From positions 12,462,001-12,526,000 of the forward strand of contig OZ241834.1 of NCBI GenBank assembly GCA_965202585.1: a stretch of 64,000 bases of DNA. The letters run 5' to 3'. Shown piece after piece: positions 28,001 to 40,506 of the stretch; the stretch's first letter is position 1, and every line of letters begins with the position of its first letter. Position numbers and translations under genes: made by a program. A model generated the notes under the pieces. The model did no database searches and was not told the DNA's origin. It saw nothing but the letters and a program-made list of their open reading frames with translations. This DNA comes from Thalia democratica. Its lineage: Eukaryota.

Positions 28001-31000
28001 TAGCCTCAACTTGCGACCCAAACAAATTAGTAGGTCAAAATTTATTCAACATGAGCTCTTTGTACAAATATTGTAATCAATTTTTTAATTAAAATACAGG
28101 ACGTCAAACTATATAAAACTTAACATCACGTGGCGGCTAGATAGTTCAGTGTTTGTTAAAAAGAGCTAATAATATTCATATTACGTAGTAAAACACATCG
28201 AAAAAAGACAACAAGGTATCCGCTTCGCCACAACAACGAAGCTTCTGTAAAATTAGTTTTTCGTATGATATATGGGTGCGCCGCGGCGTCACTCATGCAC
28301 AAGCGTACACAATCACTTCGTTTATGTTTTCATACTTTTTTAATCTGTTTTGCTAAACCTAAACAAGTCTGTGCGCAACTTTAACTTTTATTTTGGTAAA
28401 CCAGCAATGTATTAAATAAAATCTAATAGTTATTTTAAGGCGTTCATGTTTTAAAATGTATGTTGACCTTTGTCCACAATTAAAAATTCAAAAATAGCAT
28501 TTAATTTGATTGTTTGACATCACTATCAACTTGTATTCTTAATTTTAAAAAACTAAGCCTTTGCGCTAACTGTTCAACTGAGCAGCGTTTTTAAGTTATT
28601 TTTTCAAGCTTATTTAAATTGATCGTCTACTTTTGTAATTGTTAAGGTTTGTTTAATTTAGTACTTAAAACTCCAAACTACTTTTTTTTTTACTGAAGGT
28701 AAATAAAATATCTGTTTAGTACTGCACTTAATTCGGTTTAAACTTACTTAAACAAATGTTATTTGTTTTTCCTTATCAACTACTATTTAATACAACTATT
28801 AATCAATTACATTTCGGTGGACTTGGATGAGCGTCTCTCAATTTGTATATCTTCGGTGCTATCATCAATTCCATTGGCTGAAGACGGGCTGTTTTTACAC
28901 TCTACGGACATTTTAGATAGTGATAAGGATACTTGATCTGTTTAGAGAAAAACATATTGACGAAAGTTTTCAGTTTTTATCTATTTTATATTCTTTAATG
29001 TATAAATTGCTCTAAATTATCGCTATAAGCACAATTTTTTTTTTCAAAGAAAAATTACATAACATGTTTAACTTTTTTGAAACTCATATAAAAATGTTGA
29101 CCTTGTGCTTCTTCGTAAAGCGGCGATAGTTTATCTGAAACGTTGGAGGCACAGTGGCTGATGGATCGACGAGGTGAAGGAAAATAAGAAGCGCTGTCCG
29201 ATTTTATCAAGACAATATCAACAGCATTGGTGGCACCCGATCGCTTTACTTCACAGATTTTGAAATTAACCTATCAAAGTTAATTCTTCGTTATTATTTA
29301 TTTTTCATAAACTTTTTTTCTTTATTTATATCAACAAATAAATAAAAATTTAATAAGTAGGTTTTGACAATAGACTTCAACTGTTTTGCTCAACTAAATA
29401 AGAAATGTTTGAGAATTAAGTAAACATTTGTTCCATGTATACTCACTTTATCTCCTATCAAAATATTGGGTGAAGGAGTCCTGAAGTCTTTACTGGTAAA
29501 AGTGAGTTTCTGAGCGTCAATATAATCGCCTCCACTGCAGTCTTCATCGTCTGACGACTCTTTACAAATTGCAATAGTTCCAGGCGTAGTAGTGGGTTGC
29601 ATATTGGAAAAGATGAAATCTCCAGGGCTAATAACAGTTTTAGTTTTTTAGGTCACACTAGATCTACATATTATTCAACTTTTTTTTTTATACCAACTTG
29701 CTTAAGAATAATTTTTTAATTCATAAATACTTTAGATTTTGCTTCAAAAAACTATATTTAGGTAAACTATTTTTATACCTTCTTATAGCTGCTCTGTTAG
29801 ATACTGAAGGCAACATCACAATTTTACCATAATATCTTTCGCTTGACACAGAGTGAAAAACTACACTATTCTTTGGTAGAATACTGATTCTTGTTGCGTG
29901 CATTCTAGACATATTGTTTATGTTTTACACAACTAACCATTATATTCTAAGAATAATATCGTTTACAACATGTTGAATTGGCAAAAAAAAAAGTTTGCTT
30001 CATAAGAACTTAACACATATAAAATTAACTAACCTCTGTTTTTCAGCAACAGGGTCAGGTAAAACAGTAAACTCAACTTCATCAGACATTCTGATGTGAT
30101 GCCTAGGGTCCAACAATTCGCAGCAATGGAAAAATAACCTGGACTCACGTTCAACACACTTAATAAAACCAAATCCTTCTTTTACAGCAGCTACTATTCC
30201 CTGTTTTTCAACACTTATTTATATTCTAATATCTATTACTTTTAGTTGGAGTATTCATTTACTTCACCTTCTTTTCTATATAATTTTAACTACTATGCAT
30301 TTATTTTGTTTTAGTTCATTATAGTAAGTTAAGCTTTTATATATAAATCAAATTTTAGATTTAAGGTTTACTTAATTATCTTTCTATTTTGTTACTTTTA
30401 ATAATTTGACTAAATTTCTAGTTTTCTTTTAATGTTAAACTGATTGACTTTAAATTAATAACTCAAAAATTATTTAAGTTTTGTTACTTAAAACTAATTA
30501 TGGATTCAGCCTTGGGTATATAACATAAGACTTGATTAGTTTAACAACTCTAGTAATTAAGAATGTTATAAGGTTTATCGTTCAATGTTTCAACTACATA
30601 TGTACTTTATTTTCACTTGCGCAGTAGGTTATTTTCTATTTAGTACTGGAGTACTGTATTAGAATTTATTTTATAAAATTTACTTACATTTTCACGCTTT
30701 TCTTTGCTGATGTAAAGCGTGTCTTGCAACATGAGACTTACACCTGCTGCTCTCTGCTGGCCATCTCGCTTGTCAGTTATAGTCACAAATGTCACCTACA
30801 AATTGTGTTTATTAGCGTCAAAAATATAAAAGAGTATTTATTTGAAAATTTACCTTGTCTCCTTTGCAAAGTGTGTGTAAACAATTAGCAGCACGGTCTT
30901 TTTCACCAAACCGGATAGTTTTCTTTCCAGTTGGAGAAACGTACGAAATAATTCCTGCCAAGGCAAGCGAAGGTTGAGTCAAACCGTTGTTTGTTATACC

Positions 31001-34000
31001 ATTTAAATTTTTCATTCCAGGATTTGGTGAGGTAGCGTCTCCTCCAGCTATACACTGCTACAAATTTGTGTCACTATATAAGACAAAGTAAAAAAACCGA
31101 CTATAATTGTTTAGGACCACTAACTTATTAAAAACTAAAATAATGATGAAGATCAAATTGCTTACAAAAAACATTTTATTTTTTTAAGTACCGATCTAAA
31201 TAGATCTTAAACTTATTAACAGATTATTTTTAACAACTTGTTAATTATTTAGCTTACAGGCAGTTTTTGATTTTGTTCTTAACCCTTTTTTTTTAGATTT
31301 CCATTATCAACCAAAAACAATTTTCAACTTAAATATAACTTTTGTAGATTTGATGCTTTTAAGACTTTTTAGATCACTTATCAAAAAATAAATTGCCGAT
31401 TTTAAAACTTTAACTTTTTCAAAGAAGGTTTTATATATATAATGAGGTTAGAACACGCCTATAAAAAAAAGTTTCAGACTACATTTTTTCCCAAAAAAAA
31501 AATAAATTTAGATTGTTTTGATACCTCATTATTAATTGTTTTGTTAGGTGTTTTAGCAGGGAGTGGTAGCTCAATACTGCCTATATACGTCTCATTAGAT
31601 ACTTCTTCTAATTGAACGCTTCCATGAGGTAACAATTTAATTTCTGTTGCAACATCTTTGCTCTGTTAATATTTATTTATCATTTATTTTTACACATTAT
31701 TTATCTTGCTTTATTTAATTCTAGGGGTTATTGGTAAGATTAAAAGAAAGTGCTTTTCATTGGAAAAAGTGCACTTATATTACATGAATTATATTATCTT
31801 ACTTACTAAGACAAAACTAATTATTACTTTTAATTGCTTTACTTTGTTAAAATTTCTTTTTTTTTTTGAGTTTAAATTATTTCATTTGCTATAATCTGTA
31901 TATAGAATGGAGTTTATTTTTGCTGTTTCTATAACAAAAAAATTTACTATAACCATTTAACATTTATATTGAAGTTTTTTCTACCAGGTTTTCAATTTAA
32001 AATTAAAGATTTATCTTGGAGAATAGGCTAAGTTTTAATTGTAGGCATACATGTTTTAATTCGTTAAAATTTTAATACTACATGCTAGTTATTTTTTACT
32101 GATTAAACCAATACGCCTGTATCTTATATTTTCGTAAGATTAACTTAAATAAAAAATATATTTTTCTTAATTTTTTAATTCGAATTACAGATACCTGCAA
32201 TATTTTTTATTTAACTTACCTCACATGCCATCACAAGTTTTTAATATTTTTTTCATTTAGTTCATTATTGTGTTTTAAAAATTTTAATGTTAAAACTTCA
32301 TAAACAAACATTTCTTTCATGGATACTAAATTCAACATGATCTCCGATATTTAGGTCCGGAACGTTTGGAGTAACTTCACTGTAGTGAAAAAATATCTAA
32401 AAAATAAAAATTTGAGTTTAGAATTTTAGTTTTGAGCTTAAAAAATATAATTACCACAACTTGCCTCTTTGACTTGGTCAGCTCTTTCAATAAAACCAAA
32501 CGATTCTTTCATTGCTGTTACAATACCAAAAAAACGCTTTGGTGGGGCTCTTTCAACAAGAGTTATTTTTCTTGCTCTCATGACACCCGTTCTGTTTTAA
32601 ACTAGAGTTTAATCTATAGCTTGTTTAATTATTGCACAAACTTATATGGAAAAAATAATTTTTTTATAGCTTAGGAAAATTTTTACAAGTAAAAAATATA
32701 AATTAACTGTTTTAATTTATTTCTTATTTAATTTAGAAAAATAAGTATTTTACATTGCTCTTGAAAAACAATCCTTGAATATTTTGAGATCAATTTATAT
32801 TATTTATACAGTTATATTATTTATTAGAACTTCATACTTGAGCTTTGGACTTAGCTAGCATAAGTTCTTTTATCGTTTTTTATTTTTGAAGAAAATTTGA
32901 CTGGATATTTATTAACCAACTTTTTAAGTTTTATTTATATAACCTTAATAAATTTTTTTTTTTTCATTCTTAAAATAATTTTTGCTTTTTTATGTAGTTT
33001 ATAATTTTCTAGTGTATAGTTTTACTTGACAGTTTTATAATTTAAGTTACAAGCTAAATAAATAATATTAGAGTTCAGTTAGAGTTTTTTGGTAATAAAT
33101 TTAGTTTTTGTATTTATTAGAAGTTATTATCAAGTGTAAAATGCCTGAAAATTAGGAGTCTGGACAATACTATCAAATTATGACTAGCTAAGAAAAATCG
33201 TCTAGCCCTTGATAGTGAAGGATGCCTCTTTTTGAGTCAAAAAACTGTCTTGAGTCATATTGAGTTTTTTTTAAACCCTTTAAAAACTTTCGCATTTTTC
33301 AAAATCTTTAAAAATTAAGGGCATAGGGGGGGTAAACACCCTTTTTTGGTTTTTGATCTTATTTTATATAGTTTTTACTAAGCTAAAAAATGCTTTTTAC
33401 AGATTTAAAAATTTCAAAATAGTTTTTGAGATATAGCCGGTCAAAGTCTGAGCCAACAATAGGTTCCTTATGGGAGGTGCAAACTAAAACGGCAATATAG
33501 ACTATTTCACTAAAAATCTATCTTCTCCTACGTTTTTTGAGATAACTACCTCAAATTTTCAGGAAATGCTCCTTGCAGTATTTAGAAAAAATAAAAAGTA
33601 CAAATTTAATATAAAAATAAACAAAAAAAAAACAGTTTTTTTTTTGTTTTTTTGTTATAAAATCTTTATTTTTTAATTTTTTTAAATTCTGTTCCGACAG
33701 AATTTTCTAAATACTGCAAGGAGCATTTCCTGAAAATTTGATGTAGTTATCTCAACAAACCTAGGAGGAGATAGATTTTTAGTAATTTCTAGTTATTTGC
33801 CGTTTTAGTTTGGCCCCATAAGGATCCTATTGTTGCCTCAGACTTTGACCGGCTATATCTCAAAAACTATTTTGAAATTTTTAAATCTGTAAAAAGCATC
33901 TTTTAGCTTAGTAAAAACTATATAAATTAAGATTAAAAACCAAAAAAGGGTGTTTACCCCCCCCCCCCCATGCCTTAAGATACTTTATTAGGTGAATTTA

Positions 34001-35773
34001 TCGTACTTCTTCACCATTCGTTTTCTCTTAAGATTTTTAGTATACATTTTAGATTTAAATTAATAATAAAATTTCCTGAAAAAATCATTTATAACATACA
34101 ATCTTAAATTATAATTTTGGCACTAGAAATTTTCTAATAATATTCTACTTTAAATTCAGATATTACCTTTTTTCTGTAGCAATATTAAAAGAAACTTTGT
34201 CTCCTGAACATAACATTAAATTTGGGTTAGTCAGATCATTGGCAGAATAAGGAAGAAAGAAAAATTCCTGAAAAATAGTTTATTTAGTTTTATTTTTTTG
34301 TTATTTTGAAATTCAACTTGTTTAACTCACCCCACATCTTTCATATGACAGACTTCCCAATCTACCATTAAGCAACTGTTCGCCTTTTTCATTAGGCTTA
34401 TATCCATGCCCATTAACCTGTGTCAGACCACATGTTGATAAGCCAGACATGGAATTTTGAGCAGAAACTAGTGCAGTACTGGGGGGAGCAGGGCTTGTAA
34501 CTTCACCAAGAACTCGTTCCTCACTTAAAATTTCAAACATAACAGTGCCTTTCTGTAACCTTATTACTTGAATAGCAACAGGTTTCCCTGTTCTATTATC
34601 TAGGGAAACTTCAAATTCAACCTCATCTGAAATTATTTTTCATTTTGTTTAAATTAATTTTCTCAGTAAATTTAAAAGGTATTTTGACGTAACTAGTTGT
34701 TTGTTATCAAGTTTAAATTATTATTTAGCTTATATGGTAAATATAGACTTAATATACCATTAACACGTAGATTAGTTGCTTCCCCATGAAATTGACTGTA
34801 GTGAAAGAATAGCCTGCCTTCACGGTCTGCACACTTTATGAAGCCATAAGAAACAAGCAATTTTTCAATTATTCCTGTTTCACGGCTTCGGTAACCACTG
34901 GAAGTTAATGCAGGAGTAGAAGTACCTGAATTTAGAGTAGGAGAGGATGACCCAGAAATACGATGCTGGGAAGATTGGGCTGACAAACCCATTATTGATG
35001 CATGTGACTCAAAACTTGTAGAACGCTATAAAAATAAAAGTTTAAGATAAAATTACCAAGTATTATGTATAAATTTTGTTGAGCTACATTTCTTTAAAAA
35101 AATATATGCTAACTTGAAGATTTCTGTGATGTTTTAAGTTAGAAGTGCGGTTATTGTGAGTGTTATTAGTTGCTACACTCATGCTTCTTTGTAACTGCCT
35201 CCTACTACTGCTCAGCTGTTAATATTTTTTTGAAGTTAACCAACTATTAACTTTATACATTACTTATTTTCTTAAGCACTTGTAACATTTTAAAAAGTAA
35301 TACAATAATACTATTCAATTGTTCAATGTTTAAAATTGCTCATGAATACGGATTTAAACCTTAATATATTTTAAGAAATGATTGCTTTTTTTAATACTTA
35401 ACTACTACAATATATGTGTCTTACATAAGTTTATATCTTAGTATTGGATTAAAAGTTTAGCTTAATCACTTACTTGTCCATTAAATGTAAGTCCATCGTT
35501 AACATTTATGTTCACATCTGCAAAAAATAGTTTAACTTAGCTGAAAACTACAAAACATGCATAAAAAATTAGTTATAAGTTACTTGTTGATTGAGGCCTA
35601 AAGGGTGGTGCACTTAATAAATTAGAAAGAGAGCTGTTCATTATTAATGAAGGTGTACTAGCTGGTACTGCTGAATTTGCACTCCAAGCAAAATTTGACC
35701 TGAAAAGTTTTAAACTGGTCAGACAATTGATACAGTATTATCAAAAACAAAATTTTAATTTTTACTTGTTCAT
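25029..35773 (-). CDS. CSDE1: Cold shock domain-containing protein E1 (UNR), 26 coding exons, about 1137 aa
   Basis: Hand-spliced exons keep one frame: 35766-35773, 35584-35699, 35474-35517, 35114-35215, 34758-35025, 34331-34626, 34167-34267, 32465-32591, 32310-32396, 31525-31662, 30854-31057, 30688-30795, 30034-30200, 29779-29904, 29447-29627, 29102-29270, 28811-28937, 27098-27227, 26807-26966, 26661-26747, 26504-26590, 26302-26393, 26136-26231, 25591-25732, 25341-25531, 25029-25088 (3414 nt). Five canonical CSD motifs (YGFIKCADR..LFFHYS; FGFIERAD..EIFFHYSE; FGFIKCVER..LFFH; FGFIED..IFFHFSE; YGFIDYE..LFFHMSEV) and C-terminal SUZ-C-like VIRQPKGP..GF. Confidence 0.95.
28095..28330. promoter_or_regulatory. 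CpG-rich, promoter/enhancer-like island in CSDE1 intron 17
   Basis: E-box cacgtg 28127-28132, acgtca and gcgtca half-sites, and 10-bp palindrome cgccgcggcg 28279-28288. No exon is needed here for CSDE1 frame continuity. Confidence 0.35.
33319..33974. mobile_element. Intact palindromic MITE flanked by TTAA (Kolobok-like), in CSDE1 intron 7
   Basis: ttaa|gggcataggggggg...cccccccatgcc|ttaa (33315-33318, 33975-33978); near-perfect ~300-bp arms. TTAA target with purine-purine termini is the known Kolobok signature. Confidence 0.88.
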
Positions 35774-38213
35774 TTTAGGTTGTAGAAAGAAAGTTGGTCA
35801 GGTTTAATAGCACGTTTTTTCTTGAGCTGTTTGATTCAGGCTGAAACAAAATTCAAGTTAACGTAAAGAGAATTAACTATGTTTCTATCTTGATTTAAAA
35901 ACTAAACAAATAGTTATGTTACATTATGGTATCTAGATTCAATCATTTTTCTGTTTAAATCTTATCCTACTAGTTACCTCAGGTCATAAATCATTTGTGT
36001 TGACAGCGTTTTCACTCATAAAGGCTTTAAAAACTAGTCAAATTCCAATTTAATTTATAAAGTATCAAGAGCCTAAAATTGAACAATTTAAGTAATTCAA
36101 GGTCAAAAACAGGATAAAAGTGCCGCCTGGGAGCATGCAAATTTTTAAAACTTATATTATATGTTCTAGGCTTTTATGTGAAGAGCAAATAGAAAGGTCT
36201 TCAGCATATTTTACATTAACTTCAAAACTTGCACTAGATATTTTGGGTTTATAATAAAGAGTATTTACTAAAACTCTTAGTTTTGAAATACGGGAAACAA
36301 CCACCAAATTCCTGCTGACCCTTGGTCTTAGTGTTGTATACAACTTGTTTTTTTAAGACTATGGTGAATTTAGTAGAGTTTTAGATACATATGTGTGAAG
36401 AATTTTGGTTTTACATTACCAATATTAATGGATTTTATTTTTTTTAATTGTTTATTAAAAATTAATTTAATATGCATTTATGACTAAGTAATTAAATTTA
36501 ACATATTTAATAGAAAAAAGATAAATTTTACTCTGATTTTTTTTTAAGTAAAGATCATATTAATAAATATTAATAACAGTTGCTTAAAGATGTCAAGAAG
36601 TAGGATTAATAATGAATGTTTCTTTTTAATTTAGTCATTTCATAAGGAACTTATCAAACTCTCAAACTTAATACCTTTATATGCAAAACTAACTTAGACC
36701 TTAAAATAGTAGTAAAAAGTAACTGCTACGTGAGTAAAAAATCATTAAAAAGATATGAAACTGTAAAAAAGTGCCATACCAACTATGACCTTAATTGAGC
36801 TTACAATGTCTCTAAAATAGTTCAATTCTAATAACTTTATCTTTGCAAATACTTGTTCTCTACGTCTGCACTATTTTTTTTGTTAGTGAAAATGCTTAAG
36901 ACAGTTGATAATTAATTCAATAACAGTACTAAACTTGTTTATATTTATTTTTTTTTAGATTACTAATAATCTTATTAATATGAAATAGTTTAGTTTTTAT
37001 TTGAATTGTACTGTTTAATTATGCTTTATTTTGAACTAAATTTATGTCAATAATAGTTATTTATAATCATTTACTTTGTCATTAAATAAAATAAGAGCAA
37101 TTTAAAAAATTGAAGTCTTAATGTCACATGAGTGCCAGTTGTTGTATACAAAACTTAACATTTGGGCTTATTTAAAAGCTTAAAATATTAACTTAATAAA
37201 AGTATTGTTTTTTTATAAAAATTATCTATTTAACTTAGCATTTTTAGTCAGTCAGGTAATTTTTTTTTAATACCTACGCATGAAAGAAGTTTTTTCATTG
37301 GTTATTTCTCAGAAACCTTAAAATAGATTGCGTTTCTCCAAGTTTTTTATCTAGAAAATCAAACTTGAAGGATCTTACTTAATTTAAGCAACTTTTTGGG
37401 GGAGTTGTAAAATTTTAAGTTTTAAAATGACACTAACAATTTATAAGCATTTTTTTAAATTTGAAAAAAAATACTTATAAACGTAAAAAACTCAACATTT
37501 TATTTATCATCAAGTTTAAAAATTAGACTATAAAAGTTTGTAGGCAGTTACTTATAACTATAGAAGATAGATACTTTATAACTTGTTATGTTTTAGTTTG
37601 TGCCTTCCTTTAAGGATTTAACAAACTTTCCAGTTTTGATAATATTCACTTTCAAAGCTACTTTAAATTTCAAGAAAACATAAAACTATATTTTACTACA
37701 AGACTGAACTTTAATACAAATACTTATAGTAGAAGCTTGATAATTTTCTCATTCTTTTACTTAACATGAATTGTTTGGAATTAAAATTTTGCCCTAGTGA
37801 CATTGAAGTAATGAAGCTTTGTCATATTTTTCTATATGCGTAGTACTATAAAACTTAGCTTTAACTGTCAACTTAAGAAACAAAAAATAATAATTAACAC
37901 AAACTAATAGTAAATTAATAAACTATAAGTTGACAGTTAAAACTATTTTGTTTTATAATTCTATGCATATAGAATAACATGAAAAAGTTTTATTACTATC
38001 TTCAGGGTTTTACAAGTTAAAAAACTGGAGTGACCCTTGAGTCATCTCAAGTTTTCTCAATTTAATTAAGAAATTTTTTTAAACTTTACAGTCAACTAAA
38101 ATCATGCTTTAAAACAAAATTAGTAATAAATAACATAATATTAAAACTAGATCAAATAAATTCCATTATAATTATTTTTAAAAACTGGCCAGAGATTTTC
38201 AAAAAAGCTTTAA

Positions 38214-39319
38214 AAGCATAGGGAGGGGGAGTCCAACATTTTTTTTTTACTAAAAATAAGATTGGATCTTATATGAAAGCTTGAAGTTCAAACTACAAGT
38301 AGGTTTTTATAGAATTAAAAATCTTATTTAACTTTTGAGATATTGAAATTTTTAGAAAAATTTTCTGATACAAACTTATGGAACGCAAATTTTTCAGGGT
38401 CAATTTTCTTGTTAACTTAAAAAATCATCAAAAACCTATCTTCTCCTTCATTTTTTGAGCTAGAGGCCTCAAACCTTTAGCAAATGTTCCCTTTGTAGTT
38501 TAAAAGACTTTGAATGTTAATATTTACAGGGTTGCCACTCGTTTTTTCAAAAATTTTTGCAGGTTTTTCAAATTTCTTCCAGTTTTTGGGTCTATTTTTA
38601 GTTTAATGTTAAATTTAAGGCAAGTAACTGTGCTAAATAGTATAAAAAGATTGAAAAGATACTGTAAAGCTACTTAAAATGTGTTTTTTAATAAAAAAAT
38701 TTTTGGTAATGACTTAAATTTTTTATCTATATGATAAATTTTTTGAGTCAAACCGAAACTTTACTACTGAAGATGTTAAAGTTCTTAAAAACTCCAGGTT
38801 TTTCCATGTTTTTTTTGCCTAAATTGTCAAATTCCAGGTTTTTCCAGGATTCCAGGTAAAGTGGCAACCCTGTATTTAACAAATATTAAAAAACTATTTT
38901 TTTTATCAAAAAAAACAACCTATCAAAACTTAAAAAATTCCTGCATTTAATTTTTTTGAAATTAAATAATACACTTTCTGTTAAAATTTGAAGATTGTTT
39001 AAAAAATGAAGGAGGAGATAGAAATTTAGTGAAATGGTCTTTTTTTGCATTTTTAGTTTGCGCCTACTATTAGAAACCTATTGAGGTCACCAACTTTGAT
39101 CGCTCATATCTCAAAAAATACTTTGAAATTTTTCAAGGGGTTAAAAATGTCTGATAGCTCAGATAAAACTCTATAAAATAAGATCAACTTTTAAAAATCA
39201 AGCAACTTAAAGATTAAGTTATAGTTCTATATAAAATAACATAAACATAAACATCATAACAATAACTTGATATAAAATAACATCAAGTAGTAAAGCAAGT
39301 GATTTACCCCTGATGCCCC
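38214..39319. mobile_element. Older TTAA/GGGCAT-family palindromic MITE with nested insertion
   Basis: ttaa|aagcatagggaggggg ... tgatgcccc|ttaa; shares atcttctcc, tttagtttgcgcct and atatctcaaaaa motifs with 33319-33974. Confidence 0.7.
38527..38872. mobile_element. MITE with CAGGGTTGCCAC TIRs nested in the 38214 element
   Basis: cagggttgccact / agtggcaaccctg, flanked by direct repeat tattta on both sides. A lone terminus of the same type occurs at about 12774-12786. Confidence 0.85.
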
Positions 39320-40496
39320 TTAAATCAGATTATAAGTTTTGGAATTTTTCTATTTTGATTTTAAGCTTTTATTGTTAATTTAAAACATTTATTAAGTTCT
39401 CATACTTATACTTTGACTAAAAATTGTGCAGGTAATTTTAACTACTTATTTGTTAATGACCACAATACTACTTAAGTAATTTTTTTTTTTTTACTTGTAA
39501 CTTTTACTTAATATCATTGTTGGGTAAAGGAAAATTATGGGTAAAGGAAATTTAGGTGCTACAAGAGGCCAAGTTGTTAAGGTATATTATAGTGTTATTT
39601 CTATAGTATTTTGAAGTTAAAATGAATGTGTTAAGTTAATTTAACTAAAATATCTTTCTGAAAAATTACAGGAAATAGCTTTAGCAGCAAAATTTACTTT
39701 AGGTTTAGCTAGTAATTTAAAATTATAGCACAAATTGTTAAACTTCAAGTTTAAATTAAAAGATAATTAAAAAATTTATTACTATATCTAAAAAGATTGC
39801 ATGTTTTTAAAAGTTAAAATTTATACTTTTAAGATACCTAATTATGTTTATTTAGTAGGGCATTATATATACAAATACATTTCTATTTAATATTATTGTA
39901 ACTTTTTTCAGCCAATTATTAAAATTGAAGTATAACTTTCAGCAGAGTTGTAGTTAGTCCTTAAAAACTATTTTTTATTAAAACTAACAATTTACATACT
40001 TTCAAGTATTTATACAGAGCTAATTGATAAAAAACTGTTATTTTAATTTTTAATCAGATAGTTAATTTTGTTTTCAAAAAAAAAATTTCACATTTTAATA
40101 GCTTTAGTAATCTAAAGTGTTTCAATTGACTGCATTTAAGACTTTTTTTCTCAGATCAATCTGGATAAATTAACGTTTAGATATAGTTAACTATTATTTT
40201 TGTATATGTATTGTCATATATTTTTTTCAAGTAATATCATGTTTATTTAACAATGAAAAAAAAAATGTTGTTAACTTACCTATTGATAATGATGAAACTT
40301 TTTAATTTTCACTTTCAGTGTAATTTAGAAAGCATCAACTTATAAATGCAATGTGATTATTTATCTATTTTTGTGTGAAATTGCTTTAACCCAATTAGCT
40401 TATCTACTAAATTATAACTGCACTTGAGGTGCCAGCATCAATTACTTACATTATGATGGAGAAACTCATAAATCTACAAGTATGAAGATTTTAATT

Positions 40497-40506
40497 ATGA
40501 CGTCAT
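40497..40506. promoter_or_regulatory. Perfect CRE palindrome ATGACGTCAT, 4.7 kb upstream of the CSDE1 ATG
   Basis: Exact TGACGTCA in otherwise CpG-poor DNA; function unproven. Confidence 0.25.
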
